From positions 121,603 through 185,602 of the forward strand of contig CAZQWC010000008.1 of NCBI GenBank assembly GCA_964597055.1: 64,000 nucleotides of DNA, in the 5' to 3' direction. The notes below the pieces were generated by a model. It did not search any database. It was not told the DNA's origin and worked only from the letters and a program-made list of their open reading frames with translations. Of the stretch, positions 18,889 to 27,342 are shown in pieces. Numbering within the stretch: position 1 is the stretch's first letter; each line of letters begins with the position of its first letter. This stretch comes from an uncultured Sphingorhabdus sp. (GTDB lineage Bacteria > Pseudomonadota > Alphaproteobacteria > Sphingomonadales > Sphingomonadaceae). The translations under genes were made by a program, and so were the position numbers.

Positions 18889-19512
18889 ATGAAGTCTGTT
18901 AAGTCCATTTCTGGCAACCGGCATCCTGTGCTGGAATCAATCCGTTATAGCCCGATTGCCACCGTTGTCAGCGACCCTCGGCAAACCGACAACCCATTGA
19001 TCGCCGTCAATCAGGCCTTCCTTGACCTGACCGGCTATGATGAAGATGAGGTAGTTGGCCGGAATTGCCGATTTTTGCGCGGCGCAAAAACCGAAACCGC
19101 ACAGACCGAAAAGCTGCGTGTCGCCATCGAACAGCGAACACCAACAATCGCAGAGTTGGTGAATTACAAAAAGGACGGCACCCAGTTTCGCAACGCCGTG
19201 ATGATCGCGCCATTGTTCGATGCCGATGGAGAAATCGAATATTTTGTCGGTTCGCAGATTGAAATTGCCAAAACAGACGACAGCATCACCGCGATCCGCC
19301 AACAGCAGGCAGCGGCGCTTGTCGACACATTGTCGCCGCGTCAACGCGAGATACTGAAGCTGATGGCACAGGGATATCGCACAAAACAGATTGCCTATAT
19401 GCTGACCCTCAGCGAAAAGACCGTGCAGATGCATCGCATGCTGTTGTTCAAGAAATTGTCGACATCGAATGCCGCTGATGCTGTACGGATAGCTGTAGAA
19501 GCAGGTATTTAA
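18889..19512 (+). CDS. EL222-like LOV-HTH (LuxR-type) blue-light transcription factor
   Basis: LOV signature GRNCRFL and DNPLIAVNQAF; C-terminal LSPRQREIL...LSEKTVQMHR...AVRIAVEAGI HTH. Confidence 0.92.
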   Translation: MKSVKSISGNRHPVLESIRYSPIATVVSDPRQTDNPLIAVNQAFLDLTGYDEDEVVGRNCRFLRGAKTETAQTEKLRVAIEQRTPTIAELVNYKKDGTQFRNAVMIAPLFDADGEIEYFVGSQIEIAKTDDSITAIRQQQAAALVDTLSPRQREILKLMAQGYRTKQIAYMLTLSEKTVQMHRMLLFKKLSTSNAADAVRIAVEAGI

Positions 19513-19574
19513 CCCCGACGTTCCTCCTATGGGCGAAAAGCGGTATGGCTAAACTGTGGGTTGAGGAGCAAACC

Positions 19575-19685
19575 ATGTTCACGGAGCGGTTGATGCAATC
19601 ATCGCACCGGCCAAGTGCGGACCCTGAATCCCTCCCTTATACCGCACCTCACATTGTCGCCAATTTCCCCCCGATTTGGCGATGA
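19575..19685 (+). CDS. Candidate small protein, 36 aa (MFTERLMQSSHRPSADPESLPYTAPHIVANFPPIWR)
   Basis: Strong SD GAGGAG; stop overlaps the next ATG (ATGA). Below the ORF-track cutoff. Confidence 0.4.
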   Translation: MFTERLMQSSHRPSADPESLPYTAPHIVANFPPIWR

Positions 19686-19858
19686 CAAAGCCGGTACAGA
19701 TTGCCGCTTCCGCGACGCGGTTATTTACCGAAAATGTCGAGCCATCCTCTTGGGTTGGCGTCGGGTCGCAACTGGTGCCGCTCCTGCGCATGCAGGGCGG
19801 CATCTTGTTTATGTGGCGCTATTGGTTTTCAGCCTCTCGACCAGCCAGATCCGGATAG
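19682..19858 (+). CDS. Candidate small protein, 58 aa
   Basis: ATGA-coupled to the 36-aa ORF, but overlaps the convergent RHH gene by 50 bp. Confidence 0.3.
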   Translation: MTKPVQIAASATRLFTENVEPSSWVGVGSQLVPLLRMQGGILFMWRYWFSASRPARSG

Positions 19859-20060
19859 CACCAGCAAGACCACTGGGCGTCGGCGAAGCGAGCCGCTCAT
19901 TATCGATCGCTGCAACAAGCGCATTGACCGGCAACCCTGTTTCTTCCGAAGCTGCCTTCAGCATATCCCAAAACAGCGGCTCCAGACTGATCGAAGTCTG
20001 GTGCCCTGATATGGTGACGCTGCGCTTGACCGGCGGGTGATAAGGTGACCGGCCAGCCAT
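19809..20060 (-). CDS. Ribbon-helix-helix domain protein (RHH_4-like)
   Basis: KRSVTISGHQTSISLEPLFWDML...LAGAIRIWL motif. Confidence 0.85.
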   Translation of the reverse strand: MAGRSPYHPPVKRSVTISGHQTSISLEPLFWDMLKAASEETGLPVNALVAAIDNERLASPTPSGLAGAIRIWLVERLKTNSAT

Positions 20061-20062
20061 TA

Positions 20063-20785
20063 TCAATACATATGCTGTCCGCCGTTGATCGACAGGGTCG
20101 ATCCGGTGATAAAGCCCGCATTGTCGCTGGTCAGGAATTCGACGCCGCGCGCGATTTCATCGGCCTGGCCGAGGCGGCCTATGGGGATCTGCGCGACAAT
20201 TTTTTCCATCACATTGTCAGGGATCGTCGCGAGCATTTCGGTCGCAATATAACCTGGCGCGATGGCATTGGCGGTGACGCCAAAACGCGCACCTTCCATC
20301 GCCAGCGACTTGGTGAAGCCATGGATGCCAGACTTGGCAGCAGCATAATTGACCTGGCCGATCTGCCCACCCTGACCGTTGACCGAACCGACATTGACGA
20401 TGCGTCCCCATTTGCGTTCGCGCATTCCGGCAAACACAGCCTTCGCCATGTTAAAGCAACCGGTCAGGTCGACGCGGATAACCTCATCCCATTGCTCGAA
20501 TGTCATTTTGACCATCGTTGCATCGCGGGTGATGCCCGCATTGTTGACCATGATGTCGACGGGCCCGAACTCGGCTTCGATGGCTGCGCATGCGTCCAAA
20601 CAAGCCTGATGATTGCCCACATCCCATTTGCGCACAGCGATACCAGTACGGTCGGAAAACTCCTTGGCAGCCGCATCATTGCCGCCATAGTTGGCGATGA
20701 CAAAGCGTCCCTTCTCCTTCAGCTTCAGGCTGATTGCCTCACCAATTCCGCGTGTGCCGCCGGTAACCACCGCAATGCGCGTCAT
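20063..20785 (-). CDS. phbB: Acetoacetyl-CoA reductase
   Basis: VTGGTRGIG, NNAGITRD, SVNGQGGQIGQVNYAAAKSG and LSINGGQHMY motifs; SD AGGAG. Confidence 0.92.
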   Translation of the reverse strand: MTRIAVVTGGTRGIGEAISLKLKEKGRFVIANYGGNDAAAKEFSDRTGIAVRKWDVGNHQACLDACAAIEAEFGPVDIMVNNAGITRDATMVKMTFEQWDEVIRVDLTGCFNMAKAVFAGMRERKWGRIVNVGSVNGQGGQIGQVNYAAAKSGIHGFTKSLAMEGARFGVTANAIAPGYIATEMLATIPDNVMEKIVAQIPIGRLGQADEIARGVEFLTSDNAGFITGSTLSINGGQHMY

Positions 20786-20850
20786 CTCATCCACTCCTGA
20801 CTGTTTAATCGTCTTATGAGCGGCATAACCAGAGTTGGGGCGGGCAACAA

Positions 20851-20868
20851 GTTTCCGTAAACGTCAGT
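20851..20868 (-). promoter_or_regulatory. LiuR-like operator upstream of phbB
   Basis: Minus-strand ACTGACGTTTACGGAAAC(TTG); shares the AAACTTG tail with the 676 site. Confidence 0.55.
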
Positions 20869-20878
20869 GCATCGCTAT

Positions 20879-21877
20879 TCACAGCCAGCCGGAAAGTTCC
20901 CGCCGCACAAGGGCTTCAAGCATGTCCATGCCGGGTTCGCTGTCATTCAGGCACGGCAGATAGGCATAATGCTCCCCACCTGCTTCCTCGAACTGCTCCT
21001 TGCCCTGCATCGCCAGCTCTTCGAGCGTTTCAAGGCAGTCGGCTGAGAAGCCAGGCGCGAAAATGGCGATCTTCTTTTTGCCTTCGTTCGCGAGCCTTTT
21101 GATTGTGTCTTCGGTTGACGGCTCAAGCCATTTTGCTCGACCGAAGCGTGACTGGAAAGCGATCGTCAGCGGCTTGCCCAATGCTTCGGACAGCAATCGC
21201 GCGGTCTTTTGGCAGTGGCAGTGATAGGGGTCGCCCAGATGCAAAGTCCGCTCCGGCATGCCGTGGAAGCTGGCGACGATAGCTTCTGGTTCGAAATCGA
21301 GCTTTGCCAGCTCCGCATTCAACGTTGCGGCTAACGCCGCTATATGCGCCGGATCGTCGTGATAGGCAGGCAAAGTCCGCAATGCCGGTTGCCAGCGCAT
21401 AGCCGCGAGCGCGCGTCCAACTTCGTCAATGACAGTTGCGGTCGTCGCGCCCGAATATTGCGGATAGAGCGGCGCTACAAGGATTCTGTTGCAGCCATCG
21501 GCCTTCATAGCGGACAGCTGTGAAGCGATAGCGGGCTGCCCATAGCGCATCGCGACGCGGACATCGGCTGCGCTGCCCAGCCTGCTTTGCAACGCGGCTG
21601 CCTGCCGGTTTGTATAAACCGCGAGCGGCGAGCCTTCATCCATCCAGACCTTGGCATAGTTAGCAGCGGACTTGACCGGTCGCGTGCGCAGGATGATGCC
21701 GTGCAATATGGGTTTCCAGACCAATGGCGGAATTTCCACTACACGTCGGTCAGAGAGGAATTCCGCCAGATAGCGGCGTACCGCCGCCGTATCGGGGGCA
21801 TCGGGCGTGCCAAGATTGACAAGCAGCACACCGACATTGGGTGCCGCGACAGGGGGATGATTGGCTGGTAACATCAT
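20879..21877 (-). CDS. hemH: Ferrochelatase
   Basis: LLVNLGTPD, PLYPQYSGATT, SFHGMP, FQSRFG and DCLETLEE motifs. Confidence 0.96.
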   Translation of the reverse strand: MMLPANHPPVAAPNVGVLLVNLGTPDAPDTAAVRRYLAEFLSDRRVVEIPPLVWKPILHGIILRTRPVKSAANYAKVWMDEGSPLAVYTNRQAAALQSRLGSAADVRVAMRYGQPAIASQLSAMKADGCNRILVAPLYPQYSGATTATVIDEVGRALAAMRWQPALRTLPAYHDDPAHIAALAATLNAELAKLDFEPEAIVASFHGMPERTLHLGDPYHCHCQKTARLLSEALGKPLTIAFQSRFGRAKWLEPSTEDTIKRLANEGKKKIAIFAPGFSADCLETLEELAMQGKEQFEEAGGEHYAYLPCLNDSEPGMDMLEALVRRELSGWL

Positions 21878-21892
21878 GCGCCCCGTTAGCCG

Positions 21893-24163
21893 TTACAATC
21901 CGCGCGACAATAAGGGGAGTTCCCGTAGTCGAACCCCAGCAGCGGAAAACAGCGCGTTGGCAATCGCAGGGGCCACGGCGGGCACACCAAGCTCACTCAC
22001 GCCTCCGGGTTCTTCATCGCTGCGGATGAATTCGACTTCAATCTCCGGAATATCGGCAAGTACCGGCAAATCGATGTCGCGCAACCGGCGCGCAAGCGGC
22101 AGGCCGTTTTCATATTCTGTCGCAGACCCCAGCGCCTGAGCGAGACCAAAGATGATTCCGCCTTCGATTTGTTGCCGGGCAATTTCCGGATTGATCAACC
22201 GACCGCAATCGACGGCAGCCGATATCCGGTCAACCCTTACGCCTTGGTCGCCGGTTCGCGCCGAAGCGATGACTGCGATGTGACTGCCGTACATCGAATG
22301 GCAGGCCAGCCCTTTGCCGCTGGCCCCTGCGCCACCATCCCAACCTGACAATGTGGCAACCGTCGTCAGGCAACGGGCGAGCCGTGTTTGGCCGACGAGC
22401 ATCTGCATCCTATAGGAAAGCGGTTCGACGCCAGCGGCAGCGGCCAGTTCGTTGATAAAGCTTTCAACAAAAAACGCCGTGTAGCTATGCGCGTTCCCGC
22501 GCCACAAGCCGGTCGGCAGCGGCAGATCGACCGGGAAATGATCGACGGTCAAATTGGGGATGGCATAGGGTGGCATCGCCCCGTCTATCGCGAGCGGATC
22601 ATGCGTATCCGACGTGTCGGCGATGGCATCCACCGCGCTATCGCCCTGCAGACGGCGCCATTGCTGCCGCGCCGTCGCCGGAACGGCAATGCGCACGGCC
22701 AGTCCCTCAATCCGTCCGCCGCGTCCCATTGCCGCGGTCATGCGCGCATGCGCCGGCGGGCGGACCGCATCGCGCATGAAATCCTCCGGCCTTGACCAGA
22801 TAAGCTGCACCGGACGCTCGACATGTTTTGCTAGTACCGCGGCCTGCGCGGCGATTTGCGATTCAAGGTTTCGGCCAAAGCTGCCGCCTGCCATCATCTG
22901 GATTATCGCGACGGCGTCAGGCTCGATCCCGATAGCCTTGGCAGCGGCAAGTCGCGCAGCTTCGGGCGCTTGCGTCGCCAGCCACAAGGTCAACCGCCCG
23001 TTACGATATTCCGCCGTAGCACTGCGTGTTTCAATCGGCGCGTGTAGTGCGGCCTGCACGGCATATTGGCTTTTGAAAACCTTGGTGCCTGCCGACTTTT
23101 CAAGCGAAGCATCGACCGAACCGATATCAACCAGACGCGCGCCCGGCCCTTTGTTGAGGGCACGCTCCAGCGCTTCGCTGATGCTGGGACTTTCAGGCAT
23201 TCGGCCTTTGGTCGAAAACACCGGAGCGATTGCATCTAGTGCCTTGTTGGCAGCCCACCAATTTGTGGCCAGCGCTGCCACCCATGTATCGGTGCGCACA
23301 ACGTCGACCAGACCCTTGATTCCAGCAGCACCTGCACGATCAATTTCCTTGAGATGCGTTTCGCCAATCGGCCCCGCCCGGACTGACGCATAGAGCATGT
23401 CGGGGAGCCGGATGTCGCCGGCAAAATTGGCACTGCCGTCAACTTTGGCCGCAACATCAAGCCGCAATACCTCTTTGCCCGAAAGGCCGTTTTGCGGGGT
23501 TGGCCGTAGCGGTACAGGATCGGGCACATCATACCCCGATGCGTCCGCGACCAGTTCGGCAAATGCGATCTTCTTTTTGCCGAAAAAGACAAAGCCACCG
23601 CCGGTTTCGCAATTCTCCCACATCGTATCCCACCGGGCGGCAGCGGCCTGACACAGCATCACGCGCGCCGCAGCACCTGCCATGCGGCAGGGCATTTCGA
23701 ACTGGCGAATGGAAGTCGATCCTGCCGTTATCATGAAGCTGTTATTCTCGGCCCAGCGCTCGCTCCAATCATCGAGCATAGCGCTGCCCGCGATGCCCCC
23801 CACAGCAGCGGGTATCATGGCGGAGCGCCATTCCCTGACAAACAGATCATTTGCGAAAAGCGGGCTATTCAAGGCTGGCTGGACTGCTACCGTGCGCCAG
23901 TCTGCTCCCAGTTCGCCGGCGACAATTTGCGCCAGTGAGGTATAGACACCCTGCCCCATTTCGCTTTGTGGAACGGCAATGGTAATCTTGCCATCTTCAG
24001 CAATTTTCAGCCAGCTGCCGAACACATATTCGCCTTCGTCGGCAGCCAGATTGGGGCGATATTCGCGCGGCCAGAATTGCCATGCGACCAAAAGGCCGAC
24101 ACCCACACCGCCGCCAATTAGCAGGCTACGCCGAGACGGCTGAAAGTCCCTAAATTTGCTCAA
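21893..24163 (-). CDS. Molybdopterin-binding subunit, isoquinoline 1-oxidoreductase beta (IorB)-like, with Tat-like N-terminus
   Basis: SRRSLL, SEMGQGVYT, GGSFGR, QQIEGGIIFGL and GGVSELGVPAVAPAIANA motifs. Confidence 0.9.
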   Translation of the reverse strand: MSKFRDFQPSRRSLLIGGGVGVGLLVAWQFWPREYRPNLAADEGEYVFGSWLKIAEDGKITIAVPQSEMGQGVYTSLAQIVAGELGADWRTVAVQPALNSPLFANDLFVREWRSAMIPAAVGGIAGSAMLDDWSERWAENNSFMITAGSTSIRQFEMPCRMAGAAARVMLCQAAAARWDTMWENCETGGGFVFFGKKKIAFAELVADASGYDVPDPVPLRPTPQNGLSGKEVLRLDVAAKVDGSANFAGDIRLPDMLYASVRAGPIGETHLKEIDRAGAAGIKGLVDVVRTDTWVAALATNWWAANKALDAIAPVFSTKGRMPESPSISEALERALNKGPGARLVDIGSVDASLEKSAGTKVFKSQYAVQAALHAPIETRSATAEYRNGRLTLWLATQAPEAARLAAAKAIGIEPDAVAIIQMMAGGSFGRNLESQIAAQAAVLAKHVERPVQLIWSRPEDFMRDAVRPPAHARMTAAMGRGGRIEGLAVRIAVPATARQQWRRLQGDSAVDAIADTSDTHDPLAIDGAMPPYAIPNLTVDHFPVDLPLPTGLWRGNAHSYTAFFVESFINELAAAAGVEPLSYRMQMLVGQTRLARCLTTVATLSGWDGGAGASGKGLACHSMYGSHIAVIASARTGDQGVRVDRISAAVDCGRLINPEIARQQIEGGIIFGLAQALGSATEYENGLPLARRLRDIDLPVLADIPEIEVEFIRSDEEPGGVSELGVPAVAPAIANALFSAAGVRLRELPLLSRGL

Positions 24164-25134
24164 CCAGCGCTCCGATGATTATCGACCCACGTCACGACCT
24201 TGCCGGCAATCTGGCCGAATGCCTGACCGATCAGGCCATCGGTCAGCGCCGGAGGCATGCCTTCGTCGCTAGCTGTGCGGATCGAGATGTCCAAGGGAAT
24301 GCGCCCCAGAAAGGGAATTCCCAGTTCACGGGCTGCGGCCTCTGCCCCGCCGATGCCAAATGGATCGCTGACTTCGCCGCAATGCGGGCAGACATAGCCT
24401 GCCATATTTTCAACCAGTCCGATGATCGGAACCTTGGCGGTTTCAAAAAAGGCAATCGCGCGGGTTGCATCCATCAATGCAAGGTCTTGAGGGGTTGAGA
24501 CAATCACCGCACCGACCGGCTTGTGTTTCTGGATCATCGACAACTGGATGTCGCCAGTCCCCGGCGGCATATCGACAACGATGTCGCGGACGTCCCCCCA
24601 GACCGCATCGACCAGTTGCGACAGTGCCTGCCCCGCCATCGGCCCGCGCCAAGCGATGGCCTGTCTCGGTGCCGCCAGCTGGCCCATCGACAGAAAGGGA
24701 ACGCCGCCTGCACCAACCGTCGGAACCAGTTTTTTGCCCTCGGCCTCTGGCTTCACGCCTTCAACGCCCAGCAGCCGCGGCTGTGACGGCCCATAAATGT
24801 CGGCATCAACGAGGCCTGCCGCGCGCCCGGCTTTGCGCATGGCGACAGCCAGATTGGTCGACAGGGTCGATTTGCCAACCCCGCCTTTGCCACTGGCAAC
24901 TGCAATCAACCGGGGCACAATCCGTTCGGCAGTCTGCAATATGCGGATGACGCGGCCGGGGACCGCCGCCTCCATCACCCGGTGTAATTCTTCCGCAAGT
25001 TGCTCGCGCTGCTGCGCGCCGAGCCCGGCCACATCGAGAACCAGCGAAACCTTGTCGTCCGCAAGCTTGAGTCCGCTTGCCCGCTCTCCTGCAACCTGTT
25101 CGATTGCGGATTGGATTTTTTGAACATCAACCAT
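24160..25134 (-). CDS. mrp: Mrp/NBP35 (ApbC) Fe-S cluster carrier ATPase
   Basis: SGKGGVGKST, DADIYGPS, DMPPGTGD and ENMAGYVCPHCG motifs. Confidence 0.93.
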   Translation of the reverse strand: MVDVQKIQSAIEQVAGERASGLKLADDKVSLVLDVAGLGAQQREQLAEELHRVMEAAVPGRVIRILQTAERIVPRLIAVASGKGGVGKSTLSTNLAVAMRKAGRAAGLVDADIYGPSQPRLLGVEGVKPEAEGKKLVPTVGAGGVPFLSMGQLAAPRQAIAWRGPMAGQALSQLVDAVWGDVRDIVVDMPPGTGDIQLSMIQKHKPVGAVIVSTPQDLALMDATRAIAFFETAKVPIIGLVENMAGYVCPHCGEVSDPFGIGGAEAAARELGIPFLGRIPLDISIRTASDEGMPPALTDGLIGQAFGQIAGKVVTWVDNHRSAG

Positions 25135-25197
25135 CGTTGACCGAATAGAATCAGATTTTCGGGAATGACACTGTTTTTCTCGAAAAGGCGTTCCTAT

Positions 25198-26346
25198 ATG
25201 TCGAACATGATGAAAAACGAGGAAGGGGGAGCAGCCCGGCCCATGAGTAATGAAGGCAAGGGGCCATGGGACGCTCCAGACAATGGCGACACCAAGGGTC
25301 AGGGCGGAACGCCTCAACCCACATCGGCCAATGGTAGCAACGGCAATGATGCCCAACCCTCAAGCCCATGGGAACCAAGCCCGCAGCGCGGATCGAATGC
25401 GCGCGGCCCCTCACTCGAAGATCTTTTCCGCCGCAAGGCCGGTGGTGGCGGAGGCGGTTTTGGCGGCCTTCCCCAGCGCCCCGATGGCAAAAGCTGGTGG
25501 CCGATTGTTGCAGGCGGCTTGGTCGCAATCTGGCTGCTATGGACCAGCGTTCACCGCATCGGCCCCGAGCAGGAAGGCGTAGTAACCCTGTTCGGCAGCT
25601 ATTCGCGCACCGTTCAGCCCGGTATCGCGCTGACCCTGCCTGCCCCGATCGAGCGGCTCGAAAAGGTCGATACGCAACAAATTCGCACCACCTCCATCGG
25701 TTCGGTCCGGGCGAATGCGGAAAATCTGGTGCTGACCAAAGACCAGAATCTGGTCGACATGGCTTATGACATCCGCTGGTCGATCAAGGATCCCGAGCTT
25801 TATCTGTTCCAGCTCGATCAGCCTGACGCCAGTGTGCAGGAAGTTGCAGAAAGCGCCATGCGTGCGGCGGTGGCCAATTTCAATCTTATTCAGGCAATCG
25901 GCGGCAGCCGGTCCGAAATCGAGGCGCAGGTGCGTCAGCGGATGCAGGCAATTCTCGACGAATATCGGTCGGGCGTGATGGTTCGCAGCATTTCGATCCG
26001 CGAATCCGACCCACCGGCCGAGGTCAACGACGCCTTCCGCGAAGTGAACGCGTCGCAGCAGCGTCGCGAAAGCTATCTGAATGACGCCCGTGCCTATGCC
26101 AGCCGCGTGACCGAACTAGCGCTGGGTGAAACGGCCGAATTCGACAAGATTTACGAGCAATATAGAACCGCACCCGAAGTGACGCGGCGACGTATCTACT
26201 ATGAAACCATGGAGCAGGTGCTGAGCAAGGTCGACAAGACCATCGTGGAAAGCGGAAGCGTGACCCCCTATCTGCCGCTGCCCGAAATTCAGCGCCGCGC
26301 GGCGGCTGCCACCGATACCGTGACAGTTACGGGGAAAAAGCAATGA
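25198..26346 (+). CDS. hflK: FtsH protease modulator HflK (start uncertain: 25198 or 25243)
   Basis: N-terminal GPW...PW, Gly-rich linker, SPFH domain, YRTAPEVTRRRIYYETM. Confidence 0.92.
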   Translation: MSNMMKNEEGGAARPMSNEGKGPWDAPDNGDTKGQGGTPQPTSANGSNGNDAQPSSPWEPSPQRGSNARGPSLEDLFRRKAGGGGGGFGGLPQRPDGKSWWPIVAGGLVAIWLLWTSVHRIGPEQEGVVTLFGSYSRTVQPGIALTLPAPIERLEKVDTQQIRTTSIGSVRANAENLVLTKDQNLVDMAYDIRWSIKDPELYLFQLDQPDASVQEVAESAMRAAVANFNLIQAIGGSRSEIEAQVRQRMQAILDEYRSGVMVRSISIRESDPPAEVNDAFREVNASQQRRESYLNDARAYASRVTELALGETAEFDKIYEQYRTAPEVTRRRIYYETMEQVLSKVDKTIVESGSVTPYLPLPEIQRRAAAATDTVTVTGKKQ

Positions 26347-27203
26347 GCAGAACTTTTCTTCAGAATCCTGTCGCTCTCGGCTTCAGCGGGCTTGCGGCAC
26401 TCGTGCTGCTTGGCATGTCAGTTTCGGTAGTCCCCGAAACGAAGCAGGTCATAATTAGCAGTTACGGCCAGGTTATGCGCGTTCGCAACGCATATGATCC
26501 AAAGCAACAATTTGGAAACACTGAGGCAGGATTGGTCTGGCGGATCCCATTCGTAGAGCAGGTTCAATTTGTCGACAAAAGAGTCTTAAGCGTCGAAATG
26601 GAACGCCAGGAAGTTCTGTCGACCGACCAGTTGCGCTTGCAAGTGGATGCCTTTGCACGGTTTCGGGTAACCCAGCCTGCCCTTATGTACCGCACCATTC
26701 GCACCGAAGACCGGTTGCGCGAACAGCTGCGGACGATTCTCGGCTCTTCGCTCCGTAACGAGCTGGGTCGTCGCTCCTTTGCGACCATGCTCAGCCCGGA
26801 GCGCGGCGAGGTGATGGAAAATGTCCAGAAATCACTGAACCGCGAAGCCCGCAAATATGGCGCGGAAATCATCGACGTGCGCATCAAGCGCGCCGACCTG
26901 CCCGATGGTGCACCGCTCAAATCCGCGTTCCAGCGGATGCGCAGCGCGCGCCAACAGGAAGCAATCGCGATCGATGCCGAAGGCCAGAAGGAAGCGCAGA
27001 TCATTCGCGCCAATGCCGAGGCCGAAGCCGCACGCATTTATGCCGCGAGCTATGGCAAGGATCCCGAATTCTACGATTTCTATCGCGGAATGCAGTCCTA
27101 TCGCCGCACTTTCGTCCAGGAAGGCCAGGATGGTGCAGGCAAGACCACGTTCGTGCTGTCGCCAAATAATGATTATTTGAGGAAATTTCGTGAAGGCCGC
27201 TGA
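26343..27203 (+). CDS. hflC: FtsH protease modulator HflC
   Basis: DVRIKRADLP, RMRSAR and YGKDPEFYDFYR motifs; ATGA overlap with hflK. Confidence 0.93.
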   Translation: MSRTFLQNPVALGFSGLAALVLLGMSVSVVPETKQVIISSYGQVMRVRNAYDPKQQFGNTEAGLVWRIPFVEQVQFVDKRVLSVEMERQEVLSTDQLRLQVDAFARFRVTQPALMYRTIRTEDRLREQLRTILGSSLRNELGRRSFATMLSPERGEVMENVQKSLNREARKYGAEIIDVRIKRADLPDGAPLKSAFQRMRSARQQEAIAIDAEGQKEAQIIRANAEAEAARIYAASYGKDPEFYDFYRGMQSYRRTFVQEGQDGAGKTTFVLSPNNDYLRKFREGR

Positions 27204-27265
27204 TTAAGTGACGTTCGTCGAAGCTGGTTTGCCGTTTGCATGACCCAAACCGGCGGACGACAATT

Positions 27266-27280
27266 GTTCAATTGGCGTTC
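27266..27280. promoter_or_regulatory. Alphaproteobacterial LexA-box-like GTTC-N7-GTTC upstream of Do protease
   Basis: GTTC-AATTGGC-GTTC in the intergenic gap; could be a chance match. Confidence 0.3.
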
Positions 27281-27342
27281 ATTAATGTATCGCAAGGACG
27301 ACCGGGATTAGCCCGGAAAAGTCCGGCAATGAATGAAGAGGA

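Noticed and set aside
19635-19660. YTAPHI resembling the YxxPxL leader motif of lasso-peptide precursors
   Set aside because: No T-x-G core junction, and no cyclase, peptidase or RRE genes nearby.
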